From: Minisyncoccota bacterium | Lineage (GTDB): Bacteria > Patescibacteriota > Minisyncoccia > Phycocordibacterales > UBA918 | Assembly (NCBI GenBank): GCA_040879435.1 | Contig: JBBDKG010000010.1 | Location: 2,019-66,018, forward strand | DNA length: 64,000 bases | Direction: 5' to 3' | Part shown: positions 55,657-64,000 of the stretch, in pieces | Position numbering within the stretch: the first letter of the stretch is position 1 | Layout: each line of letters opens with the position of its first letter | Made by a program: the position numbers and the translations under genes | Notes under the pieces: model-generated | Database searches by the model: none | Seen by the model: only the letters and a program-made list of their open reading frames with translations | What the model was told of the DNA's origin: nothing

Positions 55657-56412
55657 ATGTCGGTTACGTACCGAGATCTTCCCAAAGACATCGACCCTAT
55701 CGCTTTTCTGTTCGGTGATGACAAGCTCACCGTCCCGGAGAGCTACTTCACGCCGGAGATGATCGTTCGTTTCTACGAGCGTGCCCTCCAGATGGTGGAC
55801 ATGCAAGCGCTCCATAACAAGAGCGTCGAAAATCCGCAGGGCTTGGAGAGTCTACCCAGTTTGCTCCGTTATGAGCCCGGACACTACGGCACGAAATGGC
55901 TCAAGCTCGAAGCCAGCAAGGAGACAATCGAACCGGCTTTGCCGAGCAAGACACCCTATCAGCTTCAGTACCTGACACTTTTCTCCGGTCGCTTACCGAA
56001 GTGGAAGGAGTTGGAGCTCATCGAAAAAGAGGCGGCATGGGGTGGCAAAATGAAGGTGATTGGTGACATTGGCACCATCATGCTTCTGTTCGGCAAGAAC
56101 CGCCAGCTCTATATCGTCACCGCTCGGTGGAAGCCAGCTGAAGAGTATTTCGGCGGCGGTGAAGAGCCTCGCTTCCTCGAGGAGGGACCCTACATTTTCA
56201 ATCTCGACCATCTGTTGGTCGAGCCCGTCGAGTGGAGCGATAGCCGGGTGGTTGAAAAGATCGCGGACGGTCAGTGGTCTGACACGCACGCCTTTCGAGC
56301 AGGTTTGCAGCTTGCCCTGAGTGGTACTGCGTACATCCTCGAAGCGCGCGTCAATCATATGCGACGTGTTGCTGATCGCCTTGAACGGATGTCGATCTAC
56401 TACGGTCGCTAA
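55657..56412 (+). CDS. hypothetical protein
   Basis: 251 aa. Strong AAGGAGG Shine-Dalgarno 8 nt upstream. No motif recognised. Confidence 0.6.
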   Translation: MSVTYRDLPKDIDPIAFLFGDDKLTVPESYFTPEMIVRFYERALQMVDMQALHNKSVENPQGLESLPSLLRYEPGHYGTKWLKLEASKETIEPALPSKTPYQLQYLTLFSGRLPKWKELELIEKEAAWGGKMKVIGDIGTIMLLFGKNRQLYIVTARWKPAEEYFGGGEEPRFLEEGPYIFNLDHLLVEPVEWSDSRVVEKIADGQWSDTHAFRAGLQLALSGTAYILEARVNHMRRVADRLERMSIYYGR

Positions 56413-56667
56413 GATCAAAGCCCATTACGAGAGCAGCCCGCTCCTCATAGTGGGCTGTTTTCTTATAGGTGTTTAATAAACTATAGGGTGAGTAACTTCC
56501 TGCACAAATGCTCATGAAATATAGGCATATTCAGCATTTTCTAAACCTTTACTAAAATCTCCGAGTACCCGATTCCACTGCAGTACAGTGTTTTCTATTG
56601 TGTTCCATCCAAGGTCGCCTAGGGTCACTAATAAAATTTGAGGGTTGTGTTGTAGTAAGATACTAGA

Positions 56668-57360
56668 ATGGACTATCAATACTTTTATCTTGTCTGGACA
56701 CTATTCTTTTTGATAATTTGGCTGTCACTATTTCTCTTGAGAAAAGACTCCAGAAGAGAAATTCTCGCCATTAGCCTCGTCTTTGGCGTAGGAGGAATTG
56801 GTTGCCAGTATCTGCACCTGCATGACTGGTGGCAACCACTGCGAATAACAAATACTTCAGTAGGTTTCGAAGATTTTTTCATTGGTTTTGCTATAGGAGG
56901 CATCGCATCTGTGCTTTACGAAGTTGTAGCAAAGAGGCGAGATGTACATCCGTCCAATAGAGAGGCTATTAGAAGGAGCTCATATTTCTTTATTGCCTTC
57001 TTTGCGCTTGTGTTCGTTTGTGCTTTCTTCATGCTGCATCTAAACTCAATGAGCGCAGCTCTTCTGGCATACGTAGTGGGTATTTCTTATTTATTGTTTC
57101 GCAGGAGAGACTTACTTGTGAACTCGATAGTGAGCGGAACGCTACTTTTAGTGTTAGGCGCAGGAACATATTGGTTTCTGTTTTTAATATATCCTGAATA
57201 CATATCGCTCTTCTGGCATTTGCCTGAAGTATGGTACTCCAAACTGATTTTCGGTATCCCTATTGGTGAGTACATCTGGTATTTTTTAACCGGTGCTTTT
57301 ATCGGACCGCTCTATGAATTTATTGAGGGTCTTCGAACTCGAAAATTACCCAATGTTTGA
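56668..57360 (+). CDS. polytopic membrane protein in an AT-rich (~40% GC) segment
   Basis: 230 aa, 6-7 hydrophobic helices. Codon usage and GC clearly differ from the neighbours. Confidence 0.55.
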   Translation: MDYQYFYLVWTLFFLIIWLSLFLLRKDSRREILAISLVFGVGGIGCQYLHLHDWWQPLRITNTSVGFEDFFIGFAIGGIASVLYEVVAKRRDVHPSNREAIRRSSYFFIAFFALVFVCAFFMLHLNSMSAALLAYVVGISYLLFRRRDLLVNSIVSGTLLLVLGAGTYWFLFLIYPEYISLFWHLPEVWYSKLIFGIPIGEYIWYFLTGAFIGPLYEFIEGLRTRKLPNV

Positions 57361-57527
57361 ATATGGTTTTCCATACGTCTCGTAAAACCTCACAGATTTT
57401 TCATCCCTATTTTTCAACCTGTTTTCAGAGTACTTTCTGACACCAAAAGGAAACTTGGAAACTATTTACATATCTAGAGTATGACGGTATTGTTGCGGCA
57501 GTTCGCTAGCGGGGAAGGATTTCTGTC

Positions 57528-57896
57528 ATGGCGAGAATTCTTTATGCAGATGACTACGTTGCGTTTCATCCATACTTTCTTCGTGCCGCGAAGCGTGCTG
57601 GTCACGAAGGCGTGGCGGTTGGTGACGCAGTGCAGGGTTGGGAACTCATCGAGAAAGGTGAGGTATTTGACCTCATCATTTCAGACTTCAATATGCCCGA
57701 AATGGACGGCCTCACCTTCTTGAGGAAGGTCAGATCCATCGATGTGTTTGTTCGCGTGCCATTTGTGCTCATTAGCGGCAACGCTGACAAAGACAAACTC
57801 GCAGGTGTCGCTTCCGAGATGGGTGCCGAGTTCATCGAAAAATCCGACATGGTGGCGTTTGACCCCATCATCACGAAATATCTGTCTCAGAAGTGA
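57528..57896 (+). CDS. single-domain response regulator (CheY-like receiver)
   Basis: 122 aa. Receiver signature RILYADD...DLIISDFNMPEMDG...LISGN...K. No output domain and no adjacent histidine kinase. Confidence 0.75.
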   Translation: MARILYADDYVAFHPYFLRAAKRAGHEGVAVGDAVQGWELIEKGEVFDLIISDFNMPEMDGLTFLRKVRSIDVFVRVPFVLISGNADKDKLAGVASEMGAEFIEKSDMVAFDPIITKYLSQK

Positions 57897-58013
57897 CAGT
57901 CCACAAAAGCGTAAGTCCCACGACTACACTTTGTGGGCTGCTTTTGTTATTTGGAAGTAAATGAGGTTCCAATTCCAACTAACTCGACTCACAAAACAAA
58001 ACCTCGCCGCACA

Positions 58014-60716
58014 TCACTCCACCCGCACCGTGAACCGTACATTACGCACCTCCCCTTCGTGTTTGAACTCACCAAAGACCGTATAGAGACCCTCCGAAGG
58101 AAATACAGGGTGCGCCTCCACACTCGGACCGAACTGAAGCGGTGGCGGTGCGTGGTTGTGACCACCGCCATCAGTTGATTGCTGTAGTTCACCAGGACGA
58201 TGGACCTCGCCATGTGTATGAATGAACTCAGACAGATCGTGCTTCACGACCGCAAGATGCATGGCGGCGGCGAGATATGGCTCGAGATCATAGACCGGTT
58301 TTCCGTCCTTGGTGAAATCAAAGAGAAGTGTAGCCTCCTCATTTACGAACGGCTGACTGTATGAGAGTCCGACCTCATACGGCCCAACGGTGTACGGCGA
58401 ATCATAGAGGCGTGGCGTCTCCTCTTGTTCTGGTCCACCGGACACCTCCACCAGGAAGTGCCGGGACTCCGCAGTGAGTCCGTGAAGATAATCAATTGCC
58501 ACGATGTATGTTCCCGCTTCGGGGAATGTATGCGCGATACTAAACTGTGCCCCCGGTACGTCCGCTACTCCATCATCCTCAGGGTGAATGTGCGCGAAAT
58601 AGTCCATGTCCTTCCCTACGATGACCATATGCAGGAACTTATCGTGTGCAAGCGAGAGAACGGCCGGTGTGCCATCATCTTCTGTGATCGCCACCAGAAG
58701 CTCGGTCGGAACACCGGCAGTGATCTCATCAGTATTGAACGAGACATCCGCCGCACCGAGCGAGCGCAGGTATGTATACTCCCGTACATCAGCGAATTGA
58801 TACTGACTCCCCGAGAGCATACATCCCTCCTGCGCGGTCTGCGACACGATCCTGCCTGCTTTTGTGGGTTGCATCAGGTGCCAGTAGTTTCCGTCCGCCT
58901 CACACTGCTGTTTGAACTCATTCCCCCATACAACACTCGCCCACCCTGCGAGCACGAACACAACAGCGATCGTGAGCAGAAAGAGCGGTATAGCCACGAA
59001 TGGTGCGTTCTGGAGTGGCAGCGAGACAGCACTGAACGATCGGCACAGATACACAAGCAACACGCCCGCAGCTACCCCAAAGAGTGCCAGCGCAAACATA
59101 AGGATAGTGAACAGGTCGAACGTCCGTCCGTGTCCCTCTGGCGGCGCGAACGTATCCTCGGTGACGGCAAATGCGGCGCGGGCGTCGTATCCCGCTTCCT
59201 GCGACGCAATAACATGCACGGTGGTGTCGCGTTTGATGAGCTCAAGTGGGAATGTGTACCCATTCGCAAACCGTGTGGTGACATCAACGAGTAGACCTCC
59301 ATCCGCCTCCCCGACGATAACGGTCGGCGTGTCGCTTCCCGTCGGTACGGTGATGAGTGCCGTATCGTCCTCAAACGGCGAACTGGTGAGGGTGATATCG
59401 CCATCTGATAGCGTTTCGGCGAGTGCCGGAAGCGGTGGCGAGGTGATGATGATCTGGGACGAGAACCACACGACCAGTATTGCGCACCCCGCTTCAACAG
59501 CAATGGAGCCTTTGAACCATCGCGCAAAGAGGCGCGGGCGGAACCGATACAACGCGACGTGATACACCCTCAACCCGACCAACAACCCGGCAGATACTGC
59601 GAGCATGGTAAATACTGTTCCCCACTCGGTCGTGCGTATGTTTGAAAACGACTTCAGATGCAGCCAGATGATATAGCTTGCGGTCACCGCGACCAGAATG
59701 AAGTTAACGCTTAAGATCGCGAACGCACGAGGAATGATCTCTTTAAGAACACTCCGTCGAAGTGCGACGAGGAGTACAAGTACCAGAAGTATGCCGAGCC
59801 AGAGATCCTTTTCGATGAGATGAAGCGTATTGATGAACACCGAGAACTCAGGATGGAACGGATTTGCCGTGGCGTGACTAACGGTCGAGCGTAGGTACGC
59901 GAACACGAGCAACACACCGAACAGCACCGCATCATACCTGTTCCCGCGTGATGCAGTGAGGAACCTTCGACGGATGAACGTGAAGGTCACCGCGCCGAAC
60001 AGGACCACACCAAGCCGCGCGAGCGTCGCGCTGCCAGCCATCGTGTATGCATACATGTTCATGGCGTCGAGAAATGCGATCTCATGCAAGCCGGCGAGCT
60101 CGTAGGTCTTCCAAAAGAACTGAAGTACCCCGCCCACGAGAACCAATCCGAATCCCGCATACAGTAGCTGCGTACACAGTCGCCGCACAGGGTCCGGTTC
60201 ACGTACTTGTGCGATCACCGGTCGAATGGCGAACACGAACAACACGAGCATTCCCCATAGCAGGCTGTTCCCTAGAAACTCAATGAACATCGAGGCGATC
60301 TCCGGGTACGCAGCGATCGTAACAACGGACAGTTCTGTTGCCGTCGTCACCGGAGCACCTGAACCGACCGAGAAGGCGTACGATCCTTTTGTGAAATGGC
60401 CGTCGTCTGCGGAGACCACGCTCCACGATACGATGAAGGTACCCTCCTCAATTTGCGGGAGTGGTACAGTCAGTCGATGCGGGTCATCCGGGTCAACGGT
60501 CGCGTCGAGAGCGGTGATCTGTTGGTCGGACGCATCCACAACGCGGATATTGCTCGAACCGGATTCCAGTCGTTCACTGAACCGGATCGATACGTGTTCC
60601 GGAGCAGTATCGAGCTGCTCGCCGGACGCGGGCATCGTATCGACCGGCGTGGCGTGTGCGAACGCCACCGCAGGTATACCGGCAGCGATGATCAAAAAAA
60701 GAAGAAGCTGTTTCAT
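58014..60716 (-). CDS. copper transport/resistance fusion protein: CopC domain + CopD-like polytopic membrane domain + repeated YtkA-like extracytoplasmic domains (YcnJ-like architecture)
   Basis: 900 aa. Signal peptide, then a mature N-terminal HATPVDTMPASGEQL...FSERL...WSVVSADDGHFTKGSYAFSV matching the CopC fold. Then about 8 TM helices (CopD-like). Then two beta-sandwich domains with H-rich motifs (YFAHIHPEDDG, HTHGEVHRP...GGGHNH). Confidence 0.8.
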   Translation of the reverse strand: MKQLLLFLIIAAGIPAVAFAHATPVDTMPASGEQLDTAPEHVSIRFSERLESGSSNIRVVDASDQQITALDATVDPDDPHRLTVPLPQIEEGTFIVSWSVVSADDGHFTKGSYAFSVGSGAPVTTATELSVVTIAAYPEIASMFIEFLGNSLLWGMLVLFVFAIRPVIAQVREPDPVRRLCTQLLYAGFGLVLVGGVLQFFWKTYELAGLHEIAFLDAMNMYAYTMAGSATLARLGVVLFGAVTFTFIRRRFLTASRGNRYDAVLFGVLLVFAYLRSTVSHATANPFHPEFSVFINTLHLIEKDLWLGILLVLVLLVALRRSVLKEIIPRAFAILSVNFILVAVTASYIIWLHLKSFSNIRTTEWGTVFTMLAVSAGLLVGLRVYHVALYRFRPRLFARWFKGSIAVEAGCAILVVWFSSQIIITSPPLPALAETLSDGDITLTSSPFEDDTALITVPTGSDTPTVIVGEADGGLLVDVTTRFANGYTFPLELIKRDTTVHVIASQEAGYDARAAFAVTEDTFAPPEGHGRTFDLFTILMFALALFGVAAGVLLVYLCRSFSAVSLPLQNAPFVAIPLFLLTIAVVFVLAGWASVVWGNEFKQQCEADGNYWHLMQPTKAGRIVSQTAQEGCMLSGSQYQFADVREYTYLRSLGAADVSFNTDEITAGVPTELLVAITEDDGTPAVLSLAHDKFLHMVIVGKDMDYFAHIHPEDDGVADVPGAQFSIAHTFPEAGTYIVAIDYLHGLTAESRHFLVEVSGGPEQEETPRLYDSPYTVGPYEVGLSYSQPFVNEEATLLFDFTKDGKPVYDLEPYLAAAMHLAVVKHDLSEFIHTHGEVHRPGELQQSTDGGGHNHAPPPLQFGPSVEAHPVFPSEGLYTVFGEFKHEGEVRNVRFTVRVE

Positions 60717-60762
60717 ACTTGAATATACCGAAGCGATGCCCTATACGCACCGCTTCAAAAAC

Positions 60763-61449
60763 TTATGAACGACGTCGGGTAAATGCAACACCGAGCGCAA
60801 GGAGCGCAAGTCCACCGGCAACCCAGCCGATCGTGTTCTGACCCTCCTCTTTTGTGCCTGCAGAAAGAGTGACCACATCAGCAGATGGTTCCGGGAATCC
60901 CATGTCGGCCTTCGGAAGCGGACAACTGAATGCACCGCTCTTGAATGTGCGCGTGACATTCTCGCCCATCTCGACCGAGGATGTATCTTCTTCTGCTTCC
61001 GTGTGCCCCGCCGCACTACACGTGAAAGAGAGATCGATCGGCGTACCTTCAAGGGTTCCGAACACACGGTAGGTGTATGTGGTCGCGACCGTCGGGAAGA
61101 ACGGTGCCTTGTATGCACCCGGACTGTTGTATACCGGCGAGAGCGCAAGTGTCTTTGTTGCGTCACCTGCCTGAAGCTCGACCTCCAAGGTCTCTTCAAG
61201 GCCAGTGACCGCAGGTAGCGCATCTCCGTGACCGTGGTCCCCCGTAGCGGTCTCAGTGTACCGAGCAACACGGAGGTCGACACCAGTCTTATCATCAACC
61301 ACGATCGGTTCGTTGAGTGAACCGACCACGAATTGATATTCCGTGCCGTTGATAATGAATCGCTGTGTCTCGTGTGCGCTGGCCGCAAAAGGAATTGCAA
61401 CAAGCAGCATGACCGCACTCAGTACGATCGGGGTAGTGGTATATTTCAT
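60763..61449 (-). CDS. secreted YtkA/CopC-like beta-sandwich protein with C-terminal TM anchor
   Basis: 228 aa. Signal peptide. ATGDHGHGDALP His-rich segment. C-terminal hydrophobic anchor + RRRS. Confidence 0.5.
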   Translation of the reverse strand: MKYTTTPIVLSAVMLLVAIPFAASAHETQRFIINGTEYQFVVGSLNEPIVVDDKTGVDLRVARYTETATGDHGHGDALPAVTGLEETLEVELQAGDATKTLALSPVYNSPGAYKAPFFPTVATTYTYRVFGTLEGTPIDLSFTCSAAGHTEAEEDTSSVEMGENVTRTFKSGAFSCPLPKADMGFPEPSADVVTLSAGTKEEGQNTIGWVAGGLALLALGVAFTRRRS

Positions 61450-61451
61450 GC

Positions 61452-62246
61452 TTATTCGTGAATGTTGATAGTTACTTCATCAGTGATCGGTTCATCGCCG
61501 TGCGTAAGACCACTGTGGTCATTTGCGTTGAGACTAACACTGACCGTGTGTTCACCTGCGCCCAGGATCGCACTGTCGGGAATATGGAACCAATGACCAT
61601 ATACTCGTGCCAGTTTCACGCCGTCGATGTAGATGTGTGCATGACCTTCATTCTCCCTGTTGTCCTCATTCACCGTAGCAGGAGTGAACGTAAAGTGCTC
61701 TGTGTCTATCTCAAGATTCCAACCTGCCAAGGCGTCTTTATGCAGAGCGATCTCAATCTCTGGTATGAGAGGCCACTCACTTACATCGATCATGACATGA
61801 TCGTGCGAGACAGTGTCTTTTAAACTGTGCGCAAGCGCTGCAAGAGAGAGCGTACCAAAATAGCCAGTACTCGGAACATCATTTGCCGACTGCCACATGG
61901 AAAGTGCCGCGGCGGTTAGTGGACCGAAGTAGCCGGTCGGTGCTGAGATCGAAGTGAGATAACCATATGCCATCAACATGTCTTGAAGACACGCGACCTC
62001 ATCTCCACGACTTCCGACACCAAGCGTTTTGCTAATGACGCAATCAGTCGATAAAACGTGCAGGGGTCTAGAAGCAGTGACAGGGGCCACTGTGTGACCC
62101 ATAGTGTCGTCTGCTCCACGAGTGTGAACATCAGTTCCGTGTAGATCGTCTGTCGTCGCACTGTGATTCGCGAATGCAGGAAACGCACTGACAAAGAATC
62201 CAATAATGAGCGCGGTTGGTACCGCGACAAGTACTTGTGTGTACAT
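61452..62246 (-). CDS. membrane-anchored protein with peptidoglycan-binding (PG_binding_1-like) domain and His-rich C-terminal domain
   Basis: 264 aa. LGVGSRGDEVACLQDMLMAYGYL...GYFGPLTAAAL matches the PG-binding repeat. C-terminus EGHAHIYIDG...YGHWFHIP...HSGLTHGDE. Confidence 0.55.
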   Translation of the reverse strand: MYTQVLVAVPTALIIGFFVSAFPAFANHSATTDDLHGTDVHTRGADDTMGHTVAPVTASRPLHVLSTDCVISKTLGVGSRGDEVACLQDMLMAYGYLTSISAPTGYFGPLTAAALSMWQSANDVPSTGYFGTLSLAALAHSLKDTVSHDHVMIDVSEWPLIPEIEIALHKDALAGWNLEIDTEHFTFTPATVNEDNRENEGHAHIYIDGVKLARVYGHWFHIPDSAILGAGEHTVSVSLNANDHSGLTHGDEPITDEVTINIHE

Positions 62247-62294
62247 AGCGTGTTGTTCTTGTTCTAGTTGTTAAACGGTCAACAAAAGGAGAGG

Positions 62295-62648
62295 TCAACC
62301 GAATTTTCGATACGGCGCGATGCCTCTTGCTAGGTATGAGCGAAATGCGTCATGCTGGAGCGGTACGGTCCGTCGTATACGGAACTGGTAGAGAAATACC
62401 ACGATCAACCCGCTACCAACACCAAGTGCCGGCACCAATACCATCTTCTTATCCTCGTGCTGGAGCGCAGCGTGAAGCGAACCCCACACGGCCGTTTCCG
62501 AACCGTTCGGCCCGTGTTCGTGCGGTATAAGGGAGTGAAGCAGGTTCCCTGAGAGGAGCGTGAAGGCAACGCTAAGTGTGAGTGTGGTCGTAAGGAGAGT
62601 GCGTACAGATACCCGATGCATTAGGGGAAGTATACCAGAATTAGTCAT
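62295..62648 (-). CDS. small membrane protein with HEHGPNG motif
   Basis: 117 aa, two TM helices. Confidence 0.4.
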   Translation of the reverse strand: MTNSGILPLMHRVSVRTLLTTTLTLSVAFTLLSGNLLHSLIPHEHGPNGSETAVWGSLHAALQHEDKKMVLVPALGVGSGLIVVFLYQFRIRRTVPLQHDAFRSYLARGIAPYRKFG

Positions 62649-63094
62649 CCTGCAACCGGATGTATATAAAACACCGTCCGCCCCGAGGAGCGAACGGTGT
62701 TTTATATAGGAGTTATACCTTACTCAGTCGGAGCACCCTCTGCAGGTGCGTCCTCTGCTGGAGCTGCTGGATCCGGCATTGGTGTTGCTGCAGGATCAGC
62801 TGCTGGAGTTTCAGGAGTGGTTGCTGGGTCAGCCTGTGGGTCCATTGGGTTTGGGTTTTGATTGTCATCCATACGAATTGTATTTCATTAACTAGCAATG
62901 ACGAGAATCATTGTACCAATGATCGGGCTCATACAAACCCCGTATCTCAAGAAACAAGGGCATATTGTGCACCTAGGCACAAAATATCCCTAAGGTAGGC
63001 GGCTGTGCTTCTTTATCTAACAGATTGACTCTCGGGTGATATCGTGATATAATAGCAAACAGGTAGAGTTTAGGTGTACGAGGAGAGTACCGAG

Positions 63095-63226
63095 ATGGAA
63101 ACAAAGAAATCCACGCCGATCATCCAGTACGGACTTGGTGCCGTGCTGATTGCGATAACCGTGGCCTGGTTCGACTGGGCCCTTGCCTGGAATTATCTTG
63201 AACCCATCTGGTCCATCTTCATGTAG
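63095..63226 (+). CDS. very small (43 aa) single-TM protein
   Basis: GAGGAG Shine-Dalgarno 8 nt upstream of the ATG. Hydrophobic core GLGAVLIAITVAWF. Immediately followed by a strong terminator. Confidence 0.35.
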   Translation: METKKSTPIIQYGLGAVLIAITVAWFDWALAWNYLEPIWSIFM

Positions 63227-63238
63227 TACCATTTGGGC

Positions 63239-63265
63239 GGCCGGCACAACCTGTGCCGGCCTTTC
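63239..63265 (+). terminator. intrinsic terminator
   Basis: GGCCGGCACA-acc-TGTGCCGGCC followed by TTTCG. Confidence 0.7.
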
Positions 63266-63300
63266 GTATATACACCTCCCTCTTTTGCTATACTCAGCCT

Positions 63301-63732
63301 ATGCAGTATCAAAAGACCGCAAATGAGTACGTGATCGTGCTTCAGCAAGGTGAGAACGTGATCGAGACCCTCACCCGCTTTTGTACAGAGGAGAACATTG
63401 AAAACGCGTACTTCCGTGCAATGGGTGCGGTTGAACACGTCTCCTGCGGATACTACGCACTCGATGAGAAGAGATACTATTTCAAGCAATACGACCAACT
63501 CCTTGAGGTCGCAAGCGCCACGGGGAATATCATGTTGAAAGAGGGTGTGCCATTTGTGCATCTTCACGCCATCTTTACCGACACAGAGAATAACGCGTTC
63601 GGTGGACACGTCGAGGAAATGCGGGTCGGTGTGACCCTAGAAGTGATCCTCACACCCCTTGCAAGTTCCCTCACCCGCGAACACGATGACAAGATCGGTC
63701 TTTTCCTTATCAGCTGTCCACAGCAAGCGTAG
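63301..63732 (+). CDS. PPC/DUF296-domain protein (plants-and-prokaryotes-conserved, AT-hook-associated fold)
   Basis: Start at MQYQKT. YVIVLQQGENVIETLTRFCTEENIENAYFRAMGAVEHV...VHLHAIFTD...GGHV matches the DUF296 pattern. Confidence 0.55.
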   Translation: MQYQKTANEYVIVLQQGENVIETLTRFCTEENIENAYFRAMGAVEHVSCGYYALDEKRYYFKQYDQLLEVASATGNIMLKEGVPFVHLHAIFTDTENNAFGGHVEEMRVGVTLEVILTPLASSLTREHDDKIGLFLISCPQQA

Positions 63733-63742
63733 TATCCTCGCT

Positions 63743-64000
63743 ATGACCCGAAAACGTGTTTCTGTTCACGACCTGATGCAGTCTGGCTATACCTACGAAC
63801 TGACCGAGCCTGTAGGACGAAACTTTGACCCTGAGTTTACACCGCAACTCACACCGAAGGAGATGCTCGCACTTGGCGTGTTTGGTGGTAAGTACATGAC
63901 CGACTGTGCAAAAGAATTTCCGAAAAGCTGGTTTGCTCGCGCAAAGCTTTCGCCTGAAGGAGCAGACGCGGACGTGAACTACTTCAAAATCCACGCATCA
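63743..64000 (+). CDS. hypothetical protein, 3'-truncated by window edge
   Basis: ATG at 63743. Open to the end of the window (86 aa seen, MTRKRVSVHDLMQSGYTYELTEP...). Confidence 0.4.
   Translation, partial: MTRKRVSVHDLMQSGYTYELTEPVGRNFDPEFTPQLTPKEMLALGVFGGKYMTDCAKEFPKSWFARAKLSPEGADADVNYFKIHAS

Noticed and set aside
1-64000. CRISPR arrays, rRNA genes, transposases/integrases, restriction-modification or recognisable defence systems
   Set aside because: I scanned for short regularly spaced direct repeats and for the characteristic protein motifs and found none. The only tandem repeats are coding (ACCGAG hexamer, YYQx 12-mer, 108-nt fibre repeat, ~400-bp paralog repeat).

Overview
The window is a 64-kb bacterial chromosomal segment of about 56% GC. 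Short IF-2 and S1 proteins, many large disulfide-rich or membrane-anchored surface proteins, pilin-like two-helix proteins and a free-standing LAGLIDADG gene suggest a reduced-genome lineage of the CPR/Patescibacteria type; this is inference only. Housekeeping genes I recognise directly from the translations are clpB, a class-V cysteine desulfurase, infB-rbfA, a tRNA cluster (Cys, Leu, Lys, Leu), a rhodanese-fold TrhO-like gene, gyrA, rpsA, pth, lepB, a divergent hisS-like gene, rpsU, ybeY, ftsA, ftsZ, trxB and two more tRNAs (Ser, Glu). Several accessory blocks sit between them: (1) a LAGLIDADG homing-endonuclease ORF wedged between intact tRNA genes; (2) four tandem pilin-like two-helix membrane proteins with a solute-binding protein; (3) a 400-nt GC-rich non-coding stretch that ends in an intrinsic terminator and is a candidate structured ncRNA; (4) four tandem Cys/His-rich secreted paralogs with repeated C-x-H-G-x-G-H-G motifs around a cupredoxin-like protein; (5) an inverted duplication of a PaaK/CapK-like adenylating-enzyme + partner module flanking two large membrane-anchored proteins; (6) three tandem paralogs sharing an almost nucleotide-identical ~400-bp C-terminal domain, one carrying a (YYQG/S)n repeat, next to a 1276-aa fibre-like surface protein; (7) a CopC-CopD-YtkA-like copper-handling cluster; (8) an AT-rich island next to a tRNA pair. 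No CRISPR array, rRNA or obvious transposase was seen. All protein identifications are by eye from motifs and no searches were run. I also read the ORF-track entries antisense to clpB, gyrA, ftsZ and the fibre protein, and across the tRNAs, as spurious.
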